Assembly: GCA_024641835.1 (NCBI GenBank)
Contig: JAHECH010000001.1
Location: 1-30,915, forward strand
Direction of reading: 5' to 3'
Length of the DNA stretch: 30,915 bases
Origin: Deltaproteobacteria bacterium
GTDB lineage: Bacteria > Desulfobacterota > DSM-4660 > Desulfatiglandales > HGW-15
The notes beneath the pieces were generated by a model that was not told where the DNA came from, did not search any database, and worked only from the letters and a program-made list of their open reading frames with translations. This document shows, piece after piece, positions 17,989-26,739 of the stretch. Position 1 is the first letter of the stretch, and each line of letters begins with the position of its first letter. A program made the position numbers and the translations under genes.

Positions 17989-18162
17989 GGTTGACAATCA
18001 CTAACAACCAGAGTAAATTGCCTCCAAACTTCGGCAATTCTTACAGATAGTTACCCCAGACAAATAAAACTCACTGGTGGATATGGCCTATTTCATTGAA
18101 AAGAAGGCTGCACCAAAGAGAGACGGATAGAGAACCCCATTTCTCAATTTGAGGGATGGGGT
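17989..18162 (+). repeat. Copy 1 of a 174-bp promoter + structured leader + terminator element
   Basis: Ungapped alignment to 22645-22818, 148/174 identical by hand count. Confidence 0.95.
17991..18019 (+). promoter_or_regulatory. Sigma70-type promoter, copy 1
   Basis: TTGACA-N17-TAAATT. Confidence 0.75.
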
Positions 18163-18172
18163 TTTGTTGTTG
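18133..18172 (+). terminator. Leader terminator hairpin, copy 1
   Basis: AACCCCATTTCTCA-ATT-TGAGGGATGGGGTT followed by TTGTTGTTG. Confidence 0.65.
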
Positions 18173-18245
18173 ATGGTTGCTTCACGCTTTTTCGAGATTC
18201 CTGCGGCAGCGATCGACGAAATGCAAGACCGAGGCGGGAGGATAA

Positions 18246-18728
18246 GTGGCTGATATCTTTACAGACCAGGAAATCGGTGTTCTGATAGGCGAGAAGAAAC
18301 CCCTTCCTGCCGACTATCGAACGAGGATACTGGTCAGGCCCAAGAGGGGTCACAAAGAGCGGGAAATGGATCTCAAAGGAGAGAGCGGAAGCGAGTTTCG
18401 CCTCGTCTTGCGACAGAGCATCTCAAACCCTCTCGATTTCTCTATCATCCTGGCGTACAGGCCACCAAACTCAAACATCTTGTTCAGGCTCCGAAGATAT
18501 AATGGGAAAAGCCATGAGCACACGAATATCATAGAGGGTTCGTCATTCTACGATTACCATATTCATCAGGCTACGGAGCGGTACCAGCTGATGGGTGCAA
18601 GGGAGGATTCCTATGCTGAGAAAACGGACCGTTTCTCTGACTTTCGGCGGGCAGTTTCGTGCCTGATTGAGGACTGCGGGTTCGAGATTCCTCCCGGAAC
18701 ACAGAAGTCGCTCTTTGAGGAGATTTGA
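18246..18728 (+). CDS. His-rich conserved hypothetical protein (DUF6978-like)
   Basis: GTG start with GGAGG RBS; LRRYNGKSHEHTN..YHIHQATERY; directly upstream of DUF1828 gene. Confidence 0.7.
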   Translation: MADIFTDQEIGVLIGEKKPLPADYRTRILVRPKRGHKEREMDLKGESGSEFRLVLRQSISNPLDFSIILAYRPPNSNILFRLRRYNGKSHEHTNIIEGSSFYDYHIHQATERYQLMGAREDSYAEKTDRFSDFRRAVSCLIEDCGFEIPPGTQKSLFEEI

Positions 18729-18731
18729 GCT

Positions 18732-19505
18732 ATGAATCCACAGAAGATTGAACAGGATTTCCGAGAAAAGGTTTGCGACAAACTCAGAATCTCAAGTGAA
18801 GGCATGGACCGTTTTCGCGTCTTCACTCCTTTCATGTTTGAGGATGGCGACCATCTCTCGATCGTCCTGAAGAGGGATAATGGGGCGTGGATACTCTCGG
18901 ACGAAGGGCACACATACATGCACCTGACCTACGACCTGGATGAGAAAGACCTTCAACGAGGGACCAGGCAGAAGATCATTTCGAACGCCCTATCAGTGTT
19001 CAAGGTCCAGGACAGGGAAGGAGAACTGAGAGTCACCATAGAAGAAGACCAATACGGCAATGCCCTGTACAGTTTTGTCCAAGGGCTGCTCAAGATCACG
19101 GACATCACCTATCTCTCTCGCGAAAGGGTCCGATCCACCTTCATGGACGATTTCAGAGCATTCATGGAGGAATCCGTTCCTGAACATCGCAGGGTGTTTG
19201 ACTGGAACGATCCTCTCCATGATCCGGATGGAAAGTATACAGCCGATTGTAGGGTCAACGGGATGCCAAAGCCAGTCTTGGTTTATGCACTCCCGAGCGA
19301 CGACAAGACCCGGGATGCCACAATCACTCTGCTCCAGTTTGAAAAATGGGGCCTTGCCTTCCGGTCCCTTGCGATCTTTGAAGACCAGGAGATGATTAAT
19401 CGGAAGGTGCTGGCCCGCTATAGCGACGTCTGCGAGAAGCAGTTCTCAAGCCTGGGAGCCAACAGGGAAAGAATCAAACGGTACTTGGAAGAGTCTATGG
19501 AATAA
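18732..19505 (+). CDS. DUF1828-domain protein
   Basis: [28 protein letters not shown]-terminal pattern; C-terminal domain [17 protein letters not shown]. Confidence 0.78.
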   Translation: MNPQKIEQDFREKVCDKLRISSEGMDRFRVFTPFMFEDGDHLSIVLKRDNGAWILSDEGHTYMHLTYDLDEKDLQRGTRQKIISNALSVFKVQDREGELRVTIEEDQYGNALYSFVQGLLKITDITYLSRERVRSTFMDDFRAFMEESVPEHRRVFDWNDPLHDPDGKYTADCRVNGMPKPVLVYALPSDDKTRDATITLLQFEKWGLAFRSLAIFEDQEMINRKVLARYSDVCEKQFSSLGANRERIKRYLEESME

Positions 19506-19842
19506 ATGATTCTGATTGGAGCCTCATCCAACTCCACTTTCAAGTTCAGCCGGGTTACTCACGCTTTCCGCGCACACGGATCGGTGCTGAGGCGTCAAGG
19601 CGAGTTTCATGTCCCACTACCAGTGGAAAGAAGTAGGCCCCGCAAGTGGCTGAGACCTACTAGCTCCATTTGGGCGATGACGCAGTGGGCGAATCACCCG
19701 AGATTATGTCCAACCATAACCCGGTGGCGAAACACCAGCAGGTCTAGCGGGAAGTTGTGCCGGACAGCTTCTGCGTGATTTTGGGTGAATGGGATTCATT
19801 TCAATTCCCACATTTCTGATTGACCTGGAAAGGATAATGATC

Positions 19843-22323
19843 ATGGAAAAAAGGGGGGTGTTCAAGACAATCTTTGGCGGTACCCCGCGGGCTACAGATC
19901 CCGAAGGTCTTTTCCGCGACTTACGCGGCCGCTCCCCGGACATCAAACATCTGTGGTCGCATCAGGCTGACATTCTCAGGGACTACCATCAAAACTTCCA
20001 AACCGCAAAAGATGTGGCTATAGAACTTCCAACCGGCGCGGGCAAGACGCTGGTTGGACTAATCATTGCCGAGTTCCGTCGTCAGCTTTTTGACGAACGG
20101 GTGGCCTATCTATGCCCGACTCGCCAGCTCGCACGCCAAGTCGGGGCGCAAGCCTTGAAGTATGGCATCAGAGCACACGTTTTTGTTGGCAAACAAAAAG
20201 ACTATCCCCCCCTTGAGTTCAGCGAGTTCCAATCGAGCAAAGCAATAGGTGTTACTACTTACAGTGGAGTTTTCAACTCGCGCCCGCGCATTCGTGATGC
20301 CCAAACACTTATATTGGATGATGCCCACGCCAGCGAGAATTACATCTCAAATATGTGGTCAGTTGAAATTAACAGAAAGGCGACCGGAGAGCTCTATAGG
20401 GCCGTCGCGGACTTGTTTCAGGAGGGACTCCCTTCGGCCTTCTATGCCGATATTTGTGGTGATCGATCCCGAACGGATCTTATTGAGTTGATACCTGGCA
20501 AGTATGTACGGGCATTCCAAAAGGGTCTGCGAGATTTGCTGGACACCAAGCTAGAAAAGCAGAGCCCATCTTGGTATTCTTGGGAACTGATTAAAGAGCA
20601 CGTTGCTGCTTGCGGTATCTTCATATCGTGGGATTCGATTCTGCTACGTCCCTTCATCCCACCAGCACTCACACACACTGCCTTCACACAGGCTAATCAG
20701 CGAATTTACATGTCCGCCACCCTCGGAGCTGGTGGGGAGCTTGAACGAATCACCGGGATTTCATCCATCAAGAGATTACCAGTCCCGGCAGGTTGGGATA
20801 AACGTGGCAGTGGCCGGCGGCTGTTCCTAGCGCCGCAAGTGGCCATGGCTGATGCGGAGGCGATGGAAGTATTGCTGAAGGCTGTTCAGGCTACTCAAAG
20901 AACCTTGGTACTCACACCTAGTCAGCCCGAAGCTGCTGCTTTTGGTGCTGCCCTTGCTGAAAAGGGCGTAACCGTCCTTGGAGCGGCGGACATAGAGGAC
21001 TCAATCGAGCCGTTTTCGAAGAGCCAGGGTTCAGCCTTGGTTCTTTGTCGATACGATGGGTTAGATCTTCCCGATGACGCCTGCCGCCTGCTCATCATGG
21101 GCGGGCTGCCGAGCGGAACAAACCTCCAGGAGAAATTCTTGTGGTCCAGAATTGCTGCCTTTTCACTCCTTCGCGATCGTGTACTCACTAGGTTCACACA
21201 AGGAGTTGGCCGTTGTACGCGATCAGACAACGATTTTGCAGTGATATTCATATGGGGCCGTCCACTTGTGGACTTTGTCCTAAAACAGGAAAATCGACGC
21301 ATTCTTAATCCTGAACTCCAGTCCGAACTTGAATTTGGAATCGAAAACTGCAAGGACACAAAGGGAGAACAGTTCGAGGGCCTGTGGAACGCATTTCTAG
21401 CTCAAAGCGAAGAATGGGAAGATGCTGAGAATGCAATAATAAACCTGAGGGAACAAAAATCGAGGAACGCTGATCCCATTTCAGAACGACTTTTCTCCGT
21501 GGTAGCCGACGAGGTATCTTATCTTTACTCGATGTGGAAAGGAGACTATGAGTCAGCTTTGGAACTCGCTCGCAGGATTGCAGACGGGTTAGGCGGTGAC
21601 GAGACAAAGGGCTATCGAGGCTGGTGGTATTATCTTGCGGCTGATGCAGCTATGGCCCTTTATGAGGCAACCGGAGAGGATGATCTTTCCGAAACGGCTA
21701 AGGACGCTTTGAAGCGCGCATCCAAGTGCTGTTCGGCGATCAGTTGGTTCGCCCGCCTAGCTCGTTCTGCCCGAGCTGGAGTGGATGTCAGTGCACCCAA
21801 CGAAGTTGCGGCCATTGCCGTGGAAAACATCCGTGACAAACTCACTGAGTGGGGAACTGTAGGTAAACGGTTCGAGCGAGAGGTTTCCCAGGCGATTAAG
21901 GATCTTCAAGCCACAGAGCACAAAACATTTCATAGAGGGTTGAAAGTTCTTGGTGAGATGCTTGGATTCCGATCTGAATTGCCCCGCGGCGATGGCGGGC
22001 CAGATTGCATCTGGTCAATCGGAAATGATCTATATATTGTTCACGAGGCCAAGTCGGATCACACGCCTGGTGACACCATCGGAGTCAATGCTGTAAGGCA
22101 GGCGCAAAGCCATGAAGATTGGGTCCGGGGTAATCGCAAATGCAGCGATGCAACTCAGGTGTTGCCTTTGATCGAAACACCGCGCAAAGTAGTGTCCCAA
22201 GATGCATTACCGTATGCTAAATCCCTTTGTCATGTATCGCCAGTACAACTGAAGGGCATGTGCGAGCGGGTTTCAGAAGTTCTTCGCCGAATCAGGGCTA
22301 ATTCTCCCAATCTAAGCGATTAG
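19843..22323 (+). CDS. SF2 DEAD/DEAH helicase with C-terminal PD-(D/E)xK nuclease (Hna-like); TAG at 22321 probably premature
   Basis: ELPTGAGKT, YLCPTRQLARQV, LDDAHA, YMSATLG, QGVGRCTR, PDCIW..HEAKS; AGGA RBS supports ATG 19843; frame stays open 35 codons past TAG to TGA 22431. Confidence 0.85.
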   Translation: MEKRGVFKTIFGGTPRATDPEGLFRDLRGRSPDIKHLWSHQADILRDYHQNFQTAKDVAIELPTGAGKTLVGLIIAEFRRQLFDERVAYLCPTRQLARQVGAQALKYGIRAHVFVGKQKDYPPLEFSEFQSSKAIGVTTYSGVFNSRPRIRDAQTLILDDAHASENYISNMWSVEINRKATGELYRAVADLFQEGLPSAFYADICGDRSRTDLIELIPGKYVRAFQKGLRDLLDTKLEKQSPSWYSWELIKEHVAACGIFISWDSILLRPFIPPALTHTAFTQANQRIYMSATLGAGGELERITGISSIKRLPVPAGWDKRGSGRRLFLAPQVAMADAEAMEVLLKAVQATQRTLVLTPSQPEAAAFGAALAEKGVTVLGAADIEDSIEPFSKSQGSALVLCRYDGLDLPDDACRLLIMGGLPSGTNLQEKFLWSRIAAFSLLRDRVLTRFTQGVGRCTRSDNDFAVIFIWGRPLVDFVLKQENRRILNPELQSELEFGIENCKDTKGEQFEGLWNAFLAQSEEWEDAENAIINLREQKSRNADPISERLFSVVADEVSYLYSMWKGDYESALELARRIADGLGGDETKGYRGWWYYLAADAAMALYEATGEDDLSETAKDALKRASKCCSAISWFARLARSARAGVDVSAPNEVAAIAVENIRDKLTEWGTVGKRFEREVSQAIKDLQATEHKTFHRGLKVLGEMLGFRSELPRGDGGPDCIWSIGNDLYIVHEAKSDHTPGDTIGVNAVRQAQSHEDWVRGNRKCSDATQVLPLIETPRKVVSQDALPYAKSLCHVSPVQLKGMCERVSEVLRRIRANSPNLSD

Positions 22324-22427
22324 AAGGTTCTTGAGCACCTGAACCAGCAAGTCGCGGTGGCTAAGCTGACGCCGCCGGATATAGTTGAAATACTTAGCGC
22401 TAACCCAGTTGCGAAGATGCGGACCAG

Positions 22428-22631
22428 ATGAAAAGCGACAAAATTCAGAAGACAATTCAGTTCATTAACGACCGGCGGCTGATTGAGGATTACCTGCCCA
22501 TCCAGGCCATCAGCAAAGAGGCATCGTGGGAGATGTATGTCGGCAAGGGACAAATTTCCATCCTGCATCATCAATTCATTTTTGCCAGCCTCAAGATCTG
22601 TCGTCTGGAGAGCAAAACACCATTGGGCTGA
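22428..22631 (+). pseudogene. N-terminal remnant of a DUF1156-domain adenine DNA methylase
   Basis: DRRLIEDYLPIQAISKEAS...KGQISILH resembles the DUF1156 N-terminus (RLIE..LP..EIS..REK..GHISTLH.WWARRPL); similarity stops before WWARRPL. Confidence 0.65.
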
Positions 22632-22644
22632 GGCAAAACGCCAA

Positions 22645-22818
22645 GGTTGACAATCACTAACAACCAGAGTAGATTACCCCTAAATTTCGTCTTTTGTTAC
22701 AGATAGTTACCATTTGCAACCAAAACTCACTGGTGGACATGGCCTGTTTGCATGAAAAAAAGGCTGCACCAAAGAGAGGCGGATACAGAACCCCATTTCT
22801 CAGGTTGAGGGATGGGGT
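22645..22818 (+). repeat. Copy 2 of the 174-bp promoter + structured leader + terminator element
   Basis: Offset 4656 bp from copy 1, no indels. Confidence 0.95.
22647..22675 (+). promoter_or_regulatory. Sigma70-type promoter, copy 2 (CBASS operon)
   Basis: TTGACA-N17-TAGATT. Confidence 0.75.
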
Positions 22819-22830
22819 CTAGTTTTTTCT
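22790..22830 (+). terminator. Leader terminator hairpin, copy 2
   Basis: ACCCCATTTCTCA-GGT-TGAGGGATGGGGT followed by CTAGTTTTTTCT. Confidence 0.65.
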
Positions 22831-22940
22831 TGGAGCTTTGTGGCCTAATCTATCAAAGGGATGCGGTATATGGGGAGTGGACGGGTAATTGAAGGTGGAC
22901 GGATTCGAGGCCCATTCTCCAATCCAGAATACCATGGCTG

Positions 22941-23525
22941 ATGGCTCAAACGTCAAAACACATCACAAATAACCCCAGGGCATGGGTTCTACTGAGCGGA
23001 GGGATCGACTCAACCGCATGCTTGGCCTTCTACTTAGAACAAGGATTCTCAGTGGCCGGAATATTCGTAGATTATGGCCAAATCGCTATGCCAAGGGAAG
23101 TTCGGGCAGCGGAGGCCGTCGCTAAACATTATCGCATCCCTCTAACTAAACTTAAGTGGATGGGGGTGCAGCAAAAAACAAGTGGGCTGATTCTCGGGCG
23201 AAATGCATTTCTCCTTATGGGAGCCCTGATAGAACTGCCAGAAGACCAGGGAATTCTATCCATTGGTATCCATGCTGGAACGCGCTATCAGGACTGCAAA
23301 GGGCTTTTTGTTCGAAAAATGCAGTCGCTCTTTGATACATATACAAAGGGAAAGGTTCAGATAGGGGCACCTTTCCTGAAATGGACGAAGGGGGACATTT
23401 GGCAATATTCTAAATCGAGAGGAGTGCCTCTTGATTTGACTTACAGTTGTGAACGGGGGGAAAACCAACCTTGTGGCATTTGTCTCTCGTGCCAGGACCT
23501 GGAGCGACTGTATGCTAGCACGTAG
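22941..23525 (+). CDS. cap9: QueC-like protein of type IV CBASS
   Basis: LLSGGIDST PP-loop, GRN, TYSC..PCGICLSC zinc site; context with TGT-like gene and CD-NTase. Confidence 0.88.
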   Translation: MAQTSKHITNNPRAWVLLSGGIDSTACLAFYLEQGFSVAGIFVDYGQIAMPREVRAAEAVAKHYRIPLTKLKWMGVQQKTSGLILGRNAFLLMGALIELPEDQGILSIGIHAGTRYQDCKGLFVRKMQSLFDTYTKGKVQIGAPFLKWTKGDIWQYSKSRGVPLDLTYSCERGENQPCGICLSCQDLERLYAST

Positions 23526-24549
23526 ATCGGTCCTACAGCATCCGCAGGGTGCGACTATCGACATGCCCCGGCTAGTCCCATCTTTTTCGAGTAAAGGCTT
23601 TCCGTTTGTTGAGAATAAGGAATTGAAACGCGAGATCTCAGAGGTCAATGACGCATTAGAACTGACCGGGCCTATCATAAACGACTCAATTCTTATTAGC
23701 GCTTACGATATCTCCCACAAGTACCTTGTGAGGCCTGAACGCTTTTATGGGAACAAAGAACTGGTCATCATTGACAGTGGTGGGTATGAGCTCTCTGTTG
23801 ACTTCGACTCAACTGAACCAAAGCAAGACCCTTACACGCCGGATAAGAACTATCGTTTGGAGTCCTATAAGCGAGTCCTGTCGGCTTTGCCAAAGAACCG
23901 TCCTATCGCCATCACCAATTTCGATCACGAATCCATTGGAAAAGACATTGAGATACAAATCCAGTCAGCGCAAGCCCTGTTCAACCGATATCCGGAATAC
24001 CTCCATGACTTTATCATCAGGCCGTCGGTTCACAAGAGATTTGTTAATTTGGACGAAATCATCTTCAGTATCGAGAAGATGCGAAGATTCCATATCATCG
24101 GGGTCACTGAGAAAGAGTTGGGAGGGACCATTCTGGACAAGCTTGTCGACATCGCCAATCTGCGGACTGCGATGAACAAGAAGGGTATAGACGGTCCGAT
24201 CCATGTATGGGGTGGTCTTGATCCTGTGACATCCCCCCTCTATTTCTTTGCAGGAGCCGAGATCTTTGACGGCGTCTCCTGGCTGCGATATGGATATTTC
24301 AGCGATGCCGCAATTCCGAGAGATTCCTATACGGCTTTGGACCTTGGCATTCAAACCTCGTGGAAAAAGGCTCAGACCATAAGGCTTGCGAAGAACCTCG
24401 GTTATTTGGATACCCTGACTCTCCGCATGAGACAATTCGTGGATAAGGGGAAGCCTGACTTTTCCATTTTCAGTACACACCACAAGGCGATTGAAATCGC
24501 GTATAATGCTTTGTGCACGCGCGTCCCGGAATTGAAAGGAGGCACCTGA
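23512..24549 (+). CDS. cap10: tRNA-guanine transglycosylase-like protein of type IV CBASS
   Basis: IDSGGYE (TGT DSGG motif), HVWGG, IFDGVSW; ATG 23512 with GGAG RBS overlapping the queC-like 3' end. Confidence 0.82.
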   Translation: MLARRSVLQHPQGATIDMPRLVPSFSSKGFPFVENKELKREISEVNDALELTGPIINDSILISAYDISHKYLVRPERFYGNKELVIIDSGGYELSVDFDSTEPKQDPYTPDKNYRLESYKRVLSALPKNRPIAITNFDHESIGKDIEIQIQSAQALFNRYPEYLHDFIIRPSVHKRFVNLDEIIFSIEKMRRFHIIGVTEKELGGTILDKLVDIANLRTAMNKKGIDGPIHVWGGLDPVTSPLYFFAGAEIFDGVSWLRYGYFSDAAIPRDSYTALDLGIQTSWKKAQTIRLAKNLGYLDTLTLRMRQFVDKGKPDFSIFSTHHKAIEIAYNALCTRVPELKGGT

Positions 24550-25472
24550 TGGGCGGAAGTGGAGGGGGAAGGAGCTATTTCCCTCGAACTGACCCGGTTC
24601 TTCAAAGATTGGCCCTGGATTCTAAACAGGAAACAGACCGGCAAAGGTTGGATAGCGATGTGGCCAATCTTCTGAAAGTGGTGCTTGCATCTTGTGAGAG
24701 AGACTCAGCTGAAACCTCGGAGCGCCTTGACGAAATTGCAAGTGCCCTAGAAGACAAGGTTGAGATGGAAAAGTTCCTATTTGGTGGTTCTGTGGCAAAG
24801 CACACTTACGTCGACGGTCTTAGCGACGTTGATGCCCTGGTAATAATGACCAAAGAGGATTCGGCTGGTAAGTCTCCGAAGGAAGTCCTCGACTCTTTAT
24901 ATAAATCACTTCAGGACGAAATCACATATGACAAAGTCAAGTCAGTGGAAAAGGGGAGGATGGCCATTACAGTGGTTTATCGTGAGGGATCGGAGATTCA
25001 GTTGCTTCCTGCTATTCGCATTGGAAAGAATATTCTTATACCGCAGGCGAGGGCGAATGAGTGGAAAGAGACTAATCCAAAAGCGTTTCAACGAACACTT
25101 ACAACAGCGAATGAGAGACTCGATAGCACCTTGGTGCCTACAATCAAACTGATGAAGTCAATAAACGCAGGCTTCCCAGAGCAGAAGCAGTTGACCGGAT
25201 ATCACATTGAGTCTCTTTCTGTCGAGGCTGTAAAGGGATATCGAGGAGCCAAGACAGTAAAGGCTTTGCTCACTCATATCCTGGAGCAGTCTTCAAAAAG
25301 GGTGCTGAGCCCTATCCAAGATGTCACAGGACAGTTCAGAATAGTCGATTCTTATCTTGGAAAGGCATATAGTACAGAACGACGAATTGTCGCCGATGCG
25401 TTGGGCAGCGTTGTGAGGAAATTGAACGCGGCAAAGACAGTTGAGGAATGGAAGAGAATTCTGGAGCCGTAA
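24549..25472 (+). CDS. CD-NTase (cGAS/DncV-like oligonucleotide cyclase) of type IV CBASS
   Basis: GGSVAKHTYVDGLSDVD (GS..DxD), EIQLLPA, TIKLMK, GYHIE; N-terminus MGGSGGG; TGATG overlap. Confidence 0.88.
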   Translation: MGGSGGGRSYFPRTDPVLQRLALDSKQETDRQRLDSDVANLLKVVLASCERDSAETSERLDEIASALEDKVEMEKFLFGGSVAKHTYVDGLSDVDALVIMTKEDSAGKSPKEVLDSLYKSLQDEITYDKVKSVEKGRMAITVVYREGSEIQLLPAIRIGKNILIPQARANEWKETNPKAFQRTLTTANERLDSTLVPTIKLMKSINAGFPEQKQLTGYHIESLSVEAVKGYRGAKTVKALLTHILEQSSKRVLSPIQDVTGQFRIVDSYLGKAYSTERRIVADALGSVVRKLNAAKTVEEWKRILEP

Positions 25473-26068
25473 GGGTAGTGGATATAACTGCCAAGGAGTT
25501 GAGTCGCCAGTTTAGGCTCTTGACCCAGATGCTTTCGATGCATGCAGTGTTAAGGGACCGCTACACGCGTCGTGCCTTGTTTATCGACATTTTGTTCTTG
25601 GCCTGTTCCGTGGTTTTCTGCGCCACAACATTTGCCCGTGATGATTTGTTCATCCGGATAGGCTTCGCTCCGAGTGATGTACAGTATCTTCTTGGTGTTG
25701 CTTCAGTTGTTGCTTTTTTTTCTTCCTTGGTGGCTCTGAGAGCCGATTGGAAAGGTATGGCTGCCTGCCACAAGGAAGCTATCCAGAAACTAGGCAGAGT
25801 CCTCTGGGAATTCAGAGGGTGCAGGCAGGAAGACGGGTCATGGCCGTTAGATCGGATGGTGGATCTTGACCGGGCATATTGGGAGGCAATGAACAATATT
25901 GTCGGCATTCCCGATAGGCTTTTTGTTGGCCTTAAAGCACGGCACTTGAGAAAGGTGGAGATCAGCGGGATGTCCGACTCTGCCCCGGGGTGCCCACTTT
26001 TTCTGCTTCGGCTGATTCTGCTCAAGCGATCTATCTCGAAGGCGAGCAGGAAACCGGAAAAGATATGA
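25448..26068 (+). CDS. Two-transmembrane SLATT-like CBASS effector
   Basis: Two hydrophobic helices (ALFIDILFLACSVVFCATTF; LLGVASVVAFFSSLVAL) flanked by H..LRDRY and AACHKEA; exact start uncertain. Confidence 0.75.
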   Translation: MEENSGAVRVVDITAKELSRQFRLLTQMLSMHAVLRDRYTRRALFIDILFLACSVVFCATTFARDDLFIRIGFAPSDVQYLLGVASVVAFFSSLVALRADWKGMAACHKEAIQKLGRVLWEFRGCRQEDGSWPLDRMVDLDRAYWEAMNNIVGIPDRLFVGLKARHLRKVEISGMSDSAPGCPLFLLRLILLKRSISKASRKPEKI

Positions 26069-26739
26069 AGATGCGCCAATATATACCACCGAGCCGCAAA
26101 GAAATGAACAAGATTCACCGTATCGTTGAGGCATATCTAATAGCTAAAGAGTATGTTCTCAAAGAAGGCTATGGGGAAGAAATTGACTGGCAGGATAGCC
26201 TTATGCTGTGGCATATAACAGAGTCAGATTTCCTAAGAGAGTCTGCTTGGGTCGTCTTGTCATCAGGCATGGCTGAAGTAGTCATCCGAAGAAAGTTTCC
26301 CTCTTTATCAGGGGCTTTTCACTATTGGAGAAGCGCAACGGAAATCATCGACGATTCGGAGCAATGTCGCAAAAGAGCTCTCGATGTTTTCCGAAACAGT
26401 AGGAAGATAGAGGCCATCATTTCAATAGCACAGCGAATATGCAGGCAAGGCTTCAAGATAGTCAAGAGACAGATACAGGAAGATGGTGTGAAATTCATTC
26501 AGTCTCTGCCTTTCATGGGACCAGCAACATCGTACCATCTAGCAAAGAACATAGGTCTTGACGTGGTAAAGCCTGACCGTCATTTGTTGCGGGTTGCCGC
26601 CGCTGCTGGCTTCGCGACCCCAGAGCAACTGTGCAACGAAATCACTTCCGTTGTCGGTGATCGCGTTTCAGTTGTCGATCTTGTAATTTGGCGGTTTGCC
26701 ACTTTGAAGGCAAACTATCTTGAGATTTTTGCCCAGTGA
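26065..26739 (+). CDS. cap11: HhH/OGG-like N-glycosylase/DNA lyase of type IV CBASS
   Basis: QSLPFMGPATSYHLAKNIGLDVVKPDRH helix-hairpin-helix plus Asp; ATGA overlap at 26065. Confidence 0.8.
   Translation: MKMRQYIPPSRKEMNKIHRIVEAYLIAKEYVLKEGYGEEIDWQDSLMLWHITESDFLRESAWVVLSSGMAEVVIRRKFPSLSGAFHYWRSATEIIDDSEQCRKRALDVFRNSRKIEAIISIAQRICRQGFKIVKRQIQEDGVKFIQSLPFMGPATSYHLAKNIGLDVVKPDRHLLRVAAAAGFATPEQLCNEITSVVGDRVSVVDLVIWRFATLKANYLEIFAQ

Noticed and set aside
18070-18130. Superficial resemblance of the leader (TGGTG..CACCA..CGGATA) to preQ1-II riboswitches, tempting because copy 2 precedes a QueC-like gene
   Set aside because: No ligand-binding pseudoknot consensus found, and copy 1 precedes unrelated genes
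19506-19778. 90-aa ORF between DUF1828 and the helicase
   Set aside because: No RBS or recognisable motif; probably decayed or intergenic
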